From assembly GCA_036389675.1 (NCBI GenBank), contig DASVWI010000022.1, forward strand, positions 1,112 to 65,111: DNA of 64,000 bases, in the 5' to 3' direction. The notes under the pieces were generated by a model. The model did not search any database. It had not been told where the DNA came from and saw only the letters and a list, made by a program, of their open reading frames with translations. Origin of the DNA: Pyrinomonadaceae bacterium (lineage in GTDB: Bacteria; Acidobacteriota; Blastocatellia; Pyrinomonadales; Pyrinomonadaceae). Within the stretch, counting starts at the first letter, position 1; every line of letters starts with the position of its first letter. The position numbers and the translations under genes were made by a program. This document shows, in pieces, positions 56,654 through 64,000 of the stretch.

Positions 56654-57646
56654 TCAACGTGTGTATCCGGCTGGATGATCTATCTCTATGTTCGGCATTT
56701 CCGACTTCACCTGTATGCGGTGGTATCCCTTCTTCGGGTGCGTCGAAAGATATGTGATCGCCATCTGACGGGCGAAAGAGACGCCGAGCTCGCGCAGGAA
56801 GGGGTCGAAGCTGACGGGCGCTCCCGTCCCCTGAAAGAAGGCCCGCCCGCCCGTCTCTTCCGAAAGCTTTTGCAGCGAGCCCAGAGCATTGCTGGTGAGG
56901 AGTTGATTGCGTGATGCTTCCAGCGTCACGGTCGGCACATAAAAAGAGTAGATGGCGACGCTGTTTCGCTGCGCCTCTTTGACGGCGCGCTCAAGGTCTA
57001 TGCTCTGGCCCGGCGGCGAGCTATCGACCCCGCGCGAAACGTCCAGACCGTCCGTGACGACGAGCATCGCACGCCGACCGGCAGGCAGCGACTCGAAACG
57101 CTTGAGCCCCTCGCGTATCTCGACGTAAGGGTTGAAGGGGGCGGCGCTCGCCGAGCCGATGGGGATGCGCAGCGCGTTCGCGGCCCGCTCAAGATCGGTC
57201 GTGAACTTCTGGCGCACCTGTAGCGAACCGCTTCTGATGTAACCGATCATCACGCGCGAGCCTCGCGGCAGACGACCGATGAACTCTTTCATCGCCTTGA
57301 TCTCGTTGCCAATGGTCGGGACGACATCATCCTGTATCAGTATGGCGACAGAGAGGGGCGCATTGCTGATCGAGCGCACAGAGAGGACTCTCTGGACATC
57401 GCCGTCCTCGCGCACGATGAAATCTCCGACCGGCGTAAGCTCCTGCTCCGGCCTTTTGCCGCGCTCGCGAATCGTAATCGGGATGGTCACCGTCTTGACA
57501 CCGCCGCGAGTCCCCTGCCCGCCGGCAGGGTCTTCATCCTCGACATTGCCTAAGCGTCTCTGCCCGCTCGCGGTCAATCCCGACGCCATGCAAATGAGCA
57601 CGACGATAAACATGCTGCTTAAGAATCTTCTGTATTTTGTAGGCAT
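56654..57646 (-). CDS. VWA domain protein (acidobacterial VWFA-related, TIGR03436-like)
   Basis: Start trimmed to MPTKYRRFLSSMFIVVLIC. MIDAS-region layout (LSVAILIQDD..., MLVVTDGLD), and a C-terminus resembling TIGR03436 proteins as I recall them. Confidence 0.7.
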   Translation of the reverse strand: MPTKYRRFLSSMFIVVLICMASGLTASGQRRLGNVEDEDPAGGQGTRGGVKTVTIPITIRERGKRPEQELTPVGDFIVREDGDVQRVLSVRSISNAPLSVAILIQDDVVPTIGNEIKAMKEFIGRLPRGSRVMIGYIRSGSLQVRQKFTTDLERAANALRIPIGSASAAPFNPYVEIREGLKRFESLPAGRRAMLVVTDGLDVSRGVDSSPPGQSIDLERAVKEAQRNSVAIYSFYVPTVTLEASRNQLLTSNALGSLQKLSEETGGRAFFQGTGAPVSFDPFLRELGVSFARQMAITYLSTHPKKGYHRIQVKSEMPNIEIDHPAGYTR

Positions 57647-57886
57647 TGATTTCCGGCCCTCTCCATTATGGCGGTGACAGACGGAATTATACATCCTGCC
57701 ATGCATAAAGCGGATAGCCCGCGGACATATCTGCCGCGATTGGCTAAGGGCTGCCCGTCAGAGTATGATTTTGACTCGGACTTTGGCAGCCGGAGTGGAA
57801 ATTCTCGTCAGTTGAGACGGGCGGCGCTTGACGGGCCTTGAAATGATTTTAAGAGGGCTTCGATTCTGAAAGAGATAGGAACTGCA

Positions 57887-58699
57887 ATGAGTGGAACTGG
57901 CTCGGGCTATGAAATCACAAAGGGAGACCGCCTCGTCGCTTCTCTGCTAAAGATTGCGCCGTGGCTCTCCTTCTTCATAGTCGCGCTGCCCGCCCCTCTC
58001 TTCTTTCTGCTGCGCTACTTCACGACGACCGGAGAGGCGGCCATCTATATCCTGCTCGCCCTCTCCTCGCTGGCCGTAGGCTCCATCGCGGGGCTGATCG
58101 TGATGATCTCTCTTTTGATGTATCGCAGGTACTGGGCCAAGCAGATGCGCAATAAGCTGGCGGCTGATGGCGTCACTGCGGACGAACTGTCCTGGTTCAT
58201 GCCGGAGTTGACGACGGCTGAGCGGCGCGCTCTCAGGGAGATGGAGGCGCAGAACCCGCTGCTGGCAGACGCCTATCGCGAGACGTTGGCCCAAAGAGTG
58301 ACGGCGGCTCGGGTCGTCGCCACGGCCAAGCGTGATCTGCTCAGCGTCGAGCGCCGCCTGAACCGCGTCTCTTATCTCAAAGGCACGGACACGACAACCT
58401 TGCAGGGAGAGTTGCGCGCCGACCGCGCGCGTCTTGAACGCGCGCACCTTGAGGGACAGGAGCGGCGCGCCGAGGCAGAGGCCCGACTGCACACGATTGA
58501 AGCGGCGGCGACACGCGGCGCAAGCTGGACGGAGATGACTTTCGCCTTGCAGCGTTTGAGCACGGCGCGCGAGCATATTCCTCTGGGGCTGGAAGCCGCG
58601 CGGCTTGAGCAGCAGTCGCGTGAGGCAGTCGACAGGGAGATACAGGAGATGGACAAGCGCACCGCGCTCAGCGACGGAGGAACAGCAGGACATGAATGA
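57887..58699 (+). CDS. hypothetical membrane protein: 2 TM segments and a long Arg/Glu-rich coiled coil
   Basis: 270 aa. TM helices at about residues 24-45 and 52-78, then heptad-like RAEAEARL... segments. Confidence 0.55.
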   Translation: MSGTGSGYEITKGDRLVASLLKIAPWLSFFIVALPAPLFFLLRYFTTTGEAAIYILLALSSLAVGSIAGLIVMISLLMYRRYWAKQMRNKLAADGVTADELSWFMPELTTAERRALREMEAQNPLLADAYRETLAQRVTAARVVATAKRDLLSVERRLNRVSYLKGTDTTTLQGELRADRARLERAHLEGQERRAEAEARLHTIEAAATRGASWTEMTFALQRLSTAREHIPLGLEAARLEQQSREAVDREIQEMDKRTALSDGGTAGHE

Positions 58700-58988
58700 G
58701 GAACAGCCGCACACGACCGGTATCAGCCTGATACGCATGGACGAAGGCCGCTGGCGCGTCTTTATAGACGGCGCTGACATGGGCACATCGTTTCAATTTC
58801 CATGGGATGCGCTGCAATGTGCCTTCAACGGCTCTCTGACCGGCAAACCTCTGAATAACCTGCAAACCATAGAGATACAGGCGACCAACACCACAGACCA
58901 TCACCGCCTCGCGCGTATCCGCGCCGCGCAGGCAGAACAACGTGCCCTCCTCGCCGCCCTCCGCGGCATAGACGGCGATGGAATCTAA
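58692..58988 (+). CDS. hypothetical 98-aa protein, translationally coupled to the upstream gene
   Basis: The ATG at 58692 overlaps the upstream stop by 8 nt. No family recognised. Confidence 0.45.
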   Translation: MNEEQPHTTGISLIRMDEGRWRVFIDGADMGTSFQFPWDALQCAFNGSLTGKPLNNLQTIEIQATNTTDHHRLARIRAAQAEQRALLAALRGIDGDGI

Positions 58989-59086
58989 GAGCAAGGATGA
59001 AGGATGAAGGATGAAAGTGTGGCTACGTTAATTGAGTCATCCAACATCGCTTTTACTTCATCGTTGCCGCCTTCATCCTTGCTTTC
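58989..59086. repeat. GGATGAA-arm hairpin element, type B, copy B4 (inverted relative to B3)
   Basis: GAGCAAGGATGAAGGATGAAGGATGAAAGTGTGGCTACGTTAATTGAGTCATCCAACATCGCTTTTACTTCATCGTTGCCGCCTTCATCCTTGCTTTC. The right end overlaps the last codons of the minus-strand gene. Confidence 0.8.
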
Positions 59087-59873
59087 TATAAACGCCGAGC
59101 TCAAGTCGTTCGGCGTAGCCTTCGGCGACGAGGGCCTGATTGCCGAGACCGGCATCGGGTCTTGAGAGTCCTGTCACCTTTGCCAGCTCGCCGCGCAGGG
59201 TCATACCCGCTCCATGCAGGAAGGCGCGCGCCACTTCGCGCAGGGCCACTTCGCGTTTGACCTTCGCGGCCAGCTCCTGCGGGAACCTGCCCTCGGCCAG
59301 CGTCCAGATATAGGTGAACCACGGCTCGTAGACGACTTCGCCCGGCACGACCTTCATCGCTCGTTGCAGCTCGTCCAGCGCGCGCGTAAAGCGTGCGCGG
59401 TCTGCAATCCCTGACGCCTGACGAAGATCGGCGGTCGCCATCTCCCACTCGCGCCGCAGCACTTTCAGAACGGCCCGCGCTTCCGTTGATAACACTTCGC
59501 TCTCATGTCTGCGCGCTACTCCCCAGAGCGCATTGAAATGTGGAACGAGTCTGGGCGCGATGAAGGTGGCGCGCCCCTTGGCGAGCTTTGCGTAGTAGAC
59601 GCGACCGCGCCGCATCACTTCATCTTTGATGCGCCATGTCAGGCTGCTCTCCGGGTCTTTCTGCACGTTGCGCGGCATGTGCGCGTCGCGCCGCCCGCAC
59701 ACGGCTATGTAGAGAGAAGGGCCGGGCCGCCGCACATCCGTCATCGCCGCACAAAAGCCGACGCTCTCAACCAGCTTCTCGGCCTCTATCTCATTCTCCA
59801 CGCGCAGCTCCTCCTCACGCCGCCACATACGGTCGCGATAGGCTTCGATCTCTTCCGGCAACGACTCGATCAT
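59073..59873 (-). CDS. hypothetical protein, possibly winged-helix (AlkZ/YcaQ-like, tentative)
   Basis: Start trimmed to MIESLPEE. Weak resemblance to DUF1006/YcaQ-type wHTH repeats, but shorter than typical members. The C-terminus KQG-stop lies in the repeat arm. Confidence 0.45.
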   Translation of the reverse strand: MIESLPEEIEAYRDRMWRREEELRVENEIEAEKLVESVGFCAAMTDVRRPGPSLYIAVCGRRDAHMPRNVQKDPESSLTWRIKDEVMRRGRVYYAKLAKGRATFIAPRLVPHFNALWGVARRHESEVLSTEARAVLKVLRREWEMATADLRQASGIADRARFTRALDELQRAMKVVPGEVVYEPWFTYIWTLAEGRFPQELAAKVKREVALREVARAFLHGAGMTLRGELAKVTGLSRPDAGLGNQALVAEGYAERLELGVYRKQG

Positions 59874-59988
59874 GACCCTCTCTTTTGAAGAGACGCCGCA
59901 CCCTCGAAGGCGGCACATCAACGCTGGTTTCTGTCTGCTTCAATCATCTTCTCCGAGCCCCCTCGATCAGGTCAAGAAGAAGCGCGGC

Positions 59989-60006
59989 CTGTCATCAAAT
60001 TGACAG
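59989..60006. promoter_or_regulatory. perfect palindrome CTGTCA-N6-TGACAG in a divergent intergenic region
   Basis: Operator-like dyad 200 nt upstream of the first S8 protease gene. It also contains TTGACA. Confidence 0.3.
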
Positions 60007-60203
60007 ATCAGACCTTTGCAGACTGACCGGCTCGGTCACATTGCTCATCCCACCACGACCCGCCCCGACGGCGAAAACCTCAGAAAACCGGCCTTTTTCG
60101 CTTTCAAAGCGCGCGGCACATCGGTTGCTCCTCTGTTGGCGCGTGCGGAGTGCAATTCATCTGTGCGGACACCGAAAACTTTTCAAGTCTGACCGATTAA
60201 GAG

Positions 60204-62195
60204 ATGAGATCCATGAGAAACATCAGAATCACGACGAGCTTCCTGCTAACGGCCATTTTTCTACTGTGGTCTGTCGCGGGGTTTACGCCTGTGACGCAAC
60301 TGGACACCGAAGTCAGGGCTGCCGGCGGTGCGAAGGTATCCACAGACCTTCGCGACAAAGTCAATAACAATACTCCCGGCCAGATTCCGGTCGTATTCGT
60401 CACGCCGAGCACCCCGACCGCCAGCCTGCAAACCGCCATCACAAGCGGCGGCGGCGTCGTCAAGAGGAGCTTGAAGAACGTGCGCGAGCTGACGGCGACT
60501 CTCCCCGCCGCTCAGGTTGACAAGCTTTCCGCCCGCACGGATGTGTCCTACGTTGCTCTGGACAGGCCGGTTAAAAAAGAGGGCCATCTTGAGATCACGA
60601 CCGGCGCTGATCAGGCGAGAAGCTACGGCAATTCCACGACGGGCACGATAAACGGCTCCGGCATCGGCATAGCCATTCTCGATTCGGGAATCGCCGCGAG
60701 CCATCACGCTTTCCGCGTGGACGGCGGCTCGACGAGCAGAATCGTCGCCAACGTCAGCTTCGTGCCCAACGATACGAGCACCGCAGACCCTTACGGCCAC
60801 GGCACGCATGTGGCGGCGATGGCGGCTGCCAATGAGCACGTCGCTAACGGCGCATACACAGGCATCGCCCCGAAAGCCAATATCATCAACGTCAGGGTAC
60901 TGGACGCTCAGGGCGCTGGCACATCTTCGGACGTAATCAGCGCCATCGACTGGTGCATCGCAAATAAGACGACCTACAACATCCGCGTCATGAACATGAG
61001 TCTGGGCACGACCGCCGTCGACTCATATCAGAATGATCCGCTCTGTCTGGCCGTCCGCAGGGCCGTCGACGCCGGCATAGTAGTGGTTGTCGCCGCCGGC
61101 AACGCCGGAAAAGATGCTAACGGCCAGAAGGTCTTCGGCTCGATCCATTCGCCCGGCATAGAGCCCTCGGCGATCACTGTCGGCGCGGCCAACACCTTCG
61201 GCACGGACGACCAATCGGACGATCAGGTGACGACCTACAGCTCGCGCGGGCCGACCCGCGGCTTTTACGTGGACGCGCTGGGCCAGAAGCACTACGACAA
61301 TCTGATTAAGCCCGACCTGATCGCTCCCGGCAATAAGATGATCGAGGCGGAAGCACCCAACAATGCCATTCTCGCCAGCGATCCTTCGCTCGATGCAGAC
61401 ATCTCCAACCCCGATCATAAAATGATGTACATGAGCGGGACTTCGATGGCGTCGCCCGCTGTGGCAGGGGCTGCCGCCCTGCTCCTTCAGCGCAATCCCG
61501 GCCTGACTCCGAATATGGTCAAGGCGATTCTGGAATACACGGCGAACCCCGTCAACAATTTCAACACTTTGGAGCAGGGCGCGGGGCTTTTGAATGTCGA
61601 GGGCGCAGTTCGGCTGGCTGGCCTGATCCGGGCGAATCTCTCGACGACTCCCCCCGCGCTGGGCTCTCCGCTTCTGACCGCTTCTGCTCCCGCACAGACC
61701 ACCACCATCGCCGGTCAGTCTTTTCAATGGGGCGGCGGAATTATAGAGAGATGGACTTTCCTGACGGGCTCGAATCTGATCTTGAAGTACCAGAAGATTT
61801 ACGGCAACAGCAGCGTCAGCAGCTCAGGCGTTCTACTCTCCGACGGCGTGCTCGTCTCCGACGGCGTGCTCGTCTGTGACGGCGTACTTGTCTCGGACGG
61901 CGTGCTCGTCTCCGACGGCGTGTTGCTTTCCGACGGCACGACTCTAGCCAACGGCACGCTTCAGGTGCTGGGGATAACGATGTCCGAAGGCGTGCTCCTC
62001 TCGGATGGAGTGCTTATCTCCGACGGCGTGCTCATCTCCGATAGCGTTACGAGTTCATCCGTAGCGAATACTTCACTGGCCCAATCTGTTATCAAGAGCG
62101 GCGACAGCTCCGGCTCCAGCATGAATAAGGTGGCGGACTTCACTGTTGATACGACCACGTCAACCTCCACCTCGGGCTCGACCAAAAGGAAGTAG
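60204..62195 (+). CDS. S8 (subtilisin-like) serine peptidase with C-terminal hexapeptide repeats
   Basis: Signal peptide and an I9-like propeptide. Catalytic triad contexts AILDSGI, HGTHVAA and GTSMASP. The C-terminus carries (S/C)DGVL(V/L/I) repeats. Confidence 0.85.
   Translation: MRSMRNIRITTSFLLTAIFLLWSVAGFTPVTQLDTEVRAAGGAKVSTDLRDKVNNNTPGQIPVVFVTPSTPTASLQTAITSGGGVVKRSLKNVRELTATLPAAQVDKLSARTDVSYVALDRPVKKEGHLEITTGADQARSYGNSTTGTINGSGIGIAILDSGIAASHHAFRVDGGSTSRIVANVSFVPNDTSTADPYGHGTHVAAMAAANEHVANGAYTGIAPKANIINVRVLDAQGAGTSSDVISAIDWCIANKTTYNIRVMNMSLGTTAVDSYQNDPLCLAVRRAVDAGIVVVVAAGNAGKDANGQKVFGSIHSPGIEPSAITVGAANTFGTDDQSDDQVTTYSSRGPTRGFYVDALGQKHYDNLIKPDLIAPGNKMIEAEAPNNAILASDPSLDADISNPDHKMMYMSGTSMASPAVAGAAALLLQRNPGLTPNMVKAILEYTANPVNNFNTLEQGAGLLNVEGAVRLAGLIRANLSTTPPALGSPLLTASAPAQTTTIAGQSFQWGGGIIERWTFLTGSNLILKYQKIYGNSSVSSSGVLLSDGVLVSDGVLVCDGVLVSDGVLVSDGVLLSDGTTLANGTLQVLGITMSEGVLLSDGVLISDGVLISDSVTSSSVANTSLAQSVIKSGDSSGSSMNKVADFTVDTTTSTSTSGSTKRK
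61827..62042 (+). repeat. tandem 18-nt coding repeats (GGCGTGCTCGTCTCCGAC and variants)
   Basis: Six consecutive 18-nt units at 61827-61934, then three more at about 61986-62042. They encode the GVL(V/L/I)(S/C)D hexapeptide. Confidence 0.85.
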
Positions 62196-62211
62196 AAGGT
62201 AACAAGGGAAG

Positions 62212-64000
62212 ATGAACATGAAGCACACAACCCCGGCAAACTCTCCCTCGGCTTCGCGGCTTTTCAGGTCGAACCGTTACATGAAACAGATGATGAATAC
62301 CGTCAACCACACCGCTACACGCCTGACGGCTCTCCTGCTGCTGGTCGCCTTCACGTTCTCGCTCGTGGGCGGCATCAACACCGGCGCGCAAACGAGAAAG
62401 GGCTCACAGAAGGGCGGCAGGACGAGCGCACCCAGAACGGACAACGTATCTTCCGACCTGCGCGAGCGCCTGCGCAACGCAAGATCGGGCGAAGAGACGG
62501 CGAGCGTAATCTTGCAGCTCGACGGCGCGGAGAGCGGCCCGCTCAATGCCCTGCTCAATCGCAACGGCGTTCACAGCAAGGGCCAATTTCGCAATCTTAA
62601 CGCGCGCGCTGTCCAGCTCCCCTTAAGCGTCATAGAGGAATTGGCTTCGCACCCGGAAGTCGGCTACGTCTCTTTGGACAGGCAGATTCAACCGAGCGGC
62701 ACGGGCCACATCGAGACGACCACAGGCGCGACGGTCCAGCGCACAGAGTCAGCTACGACAACGACCGCATCCTCAACCCTGCTCGGACTGGTCTCGACGA
62801 CGACCACCACAACGACCACGACCACCTATGACGGCAAAGGCATCAACATCGCCATTCTTGATTCGGGTTTGGACCTTACCCATAAGGAATTCAACGGCGG
62901 CAATCGCATCGCCTACAGCAAGGACTTCACGGGCGAAGGCCGCACGGATGATCCGTACGGGCACGGCACGCACGTCGCTTCAGCCGCTATCGGCGCTACC
63001 GACCCTTACGGCGGCATCGCCCCCGGCGCTAAAGTTATCAACCTGCGCGTGCTGAATTCCAGAGGCATGGGCACAGTCTCCGGCGTGTTGAGCGCGCTCG
63101 ACTGGGTCATGACCAACAAAGGAACTTACAGCATCCGCATCGTCAACATGAGCCTCGGCGCGCCCGCCGTCGATTCCTACAGGAATGACCCGATCTGCCG
63201 AGCCGTGCGCCGCCTCGTCGACGCTGGCGTCGTCGTGACGGTCGCCGCCGGAAACAACGGCAAAAACGCTGCCGGTCAAAAAGTCTACGGGCAGATTCAT
63301 TCGCCCGGCAACGAGCCTTCGGCCCTGACCGTCGGCGCAACCAACACCTTCGGCACGGACGCGCGCAATGACGACGGCATCACAAGCTTTAGCTCTCGTG
63401 GGCCGACACGCAGCCACTGGACGGACGAGTCGGGCGTCGTTCACTACGACAACCTGATTAAGCCCGACATGGTTGCGCCCGGCAATAGAATCATCTACGG
63501 CGAATCCGACTATAACTATCTCGTCACACAGAATCCGTCGCTCGACGCAGGCGTCAGCGATAGGGACGACCGAAGAATGATGTACCTGAGCGGTACGTCC
63601 ATGTCTGCCCCGATAGTCGCGGGCGCGGCGGCCATGTTGCTTCAGGTCAACCCGAACCTGACGCCGAATCTGGTCAAAGCGATACTGATGTACACGGCGC
63701 AGCAGCTGAGCGGCTTCAACACTCTGGAACAGGGCGCGGGCCAGCTCAACATCGAAGGCGCGATGCGTCTGGCAAAGGTAGTCCGCACTGATCTCTCCAA
63801 CAATACGCCGCTCGGCGACCCGCTGTTAAAGAGCGGTGCCAGCGCCCCAGTTCCGCAAACCACCATCGCCGGGTACAGCTTTCCCTGGTCTCAGGGGCTG
63901 ATCATGGGCCACACCTTCGCCACCGGCACGGCCCTGATGACCAAGTACCAGAAGATTTACGGCACTGGCATACTGGTCGGCGACGGCATCCTCGTCGGTG
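62212..64000 (+). CDS. second S8 serine peptidase, paralog of the upstream gene, 3' end outside the window
   Basis: Not in the ORF track because no stop falls in the window. My frame-1 translation gives ILDSGLD, HGTHVAS and GTSMSAPIVAGAAAML, and ends in GILVGDGILVG repeats. Start could be 62212, 62218 or 62281. Confidence 0.85.
   Translation, partial: MNMKHTTPANSPSASRLFRSNRYMKQMMNTVNHTATRLTALLLLVAFTFSLVGGINTGAQTRKGSQKGGRTSAPRTDNVSSDLRERLRNARSGEETASVILQLDGAESGPLNALLNRNGVHSKGQFRNLNARAVQLPLSVIEELASHPEVGYVSLDRQIQPSGTGHIETTTGATVQRTESATTTTASSTLLGLVSTTTTTTTTTTYDGKGINIAILDSGLDLTHKEFNGGNRIAYSKDFTGEGRTDDPYGHGTHVASAAIGATDPYGGIAPGAKVINLRVLNSRGMGTVSGVLSALDWVMTNKGTYSIRIVNMSLGAPAVDSYRNDPICRAVRRLVDAGVVVTVAAGNNGKNAAGQKVYGQIHSPGNEPSALTVGATNTFGTDARNDDGITSFSSRGPTRSHWTDESGVVHYDNLIKPDMVAPGNRIIYGESDYNYLVTQNPSLDAGVSDRDDRRMMYLSGTSMSAPIVAGAAAMLLQVNPNLTPNLVKAILMYTAQQLSGFNTLEQGAGQLNIEGAMRLAKVVRTDLSNNTPLGDPLLKSGASAPVPQTTIAGYSFPWSQGLIMGHTFATGTALMTKYQKIYGTGILVGDGILVG

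Noticed and set aside
60261-61727. 192-aa and 234-aa antisense ORFs inside the first S8 protease gene
   Set aside because: The plus frame contains the full Asp/His/Ser catalytic triad contexts. The antisense frames are Arg/Gly-rich noise.
62277-63444. Minus-strand ORFs (95, 60, 66, 154 and 65 aa) in the region where the ORF track shows no long plus ORF
   Set aside because: The plus frame starting at 62212 is open to the end of the window and encodes a clear S8 protease. It is missing from the track only because it has no stop codon within the window.

Overview
High-GC (about 60-63% by eye) bacterial chromosomal window, densely coding on both strands. The gene content (a VWA protein resembling the acidobacterial TIGR03436 type, many TPR, ECF and ABC-2 genes, DUF3352-like and DUF4838-like proteins) suggests Acidobacteriota. 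That assignment is inference only. All family names come from my own reading of motifs in the supplied translations; no database search was run.

I support about 55 CDS and 3 tRNAs (Pro-TGG, Arg-TCT, His-GTG). I saw no rRNA, CRISPR array, transposase or integrase.

Recognisable housekeeping genes: ubiE/menG, mtgA, rdgB, hup, ettA, a NUDIX hydrolase and an AI-2E transporter.

Main gene blocks:
- A complete pilM-N-O-P-Q type IV pilus operon on the minus strand (8923-14555), followed by a co-transcribed Roadblock/LC7 gene.
- A six-gene ECF sigma / FecR-type anti-sigma / double ABC-2 exporter operon (29384-36433).
- A glycosylation cluster with GT-C, GT2, GT87-like, DUF2064 and epimerase genes (39692-45562).
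- Two paralogous hybrid histidine kinases.
- Two tandem S8 proteases with hexapeptide repeats.

Observations most worth follow-up:
1. A c-di-GMP-I (GEMM-I)-like aptamer in the 691-nt ORF-free leader of pilM. A possible second degenerate copy lies downstream, where the pilM Shine-Dalgarno sits in an 8-bp helix.
2. A well-signalled small ORF encoding a signal peptide, an acidic spacer and a domain that is 48% arginine. It lies between an orphan DppBC-like permease pair and an ABC-2 exporter that is bracketed by palindromic repeats.
3. A family of roughly 90-105-nt GGATGAA-arm hairpin elements that fill five convergent-gene junctions exactly. In two cases they supply the last codons (K-Q-G-stop) of host genes.
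4. The ECF / FecR-DUF3352 / double ABC-2 module.

Several promoters and terminators are proposed from sequence only, with modest confidence.
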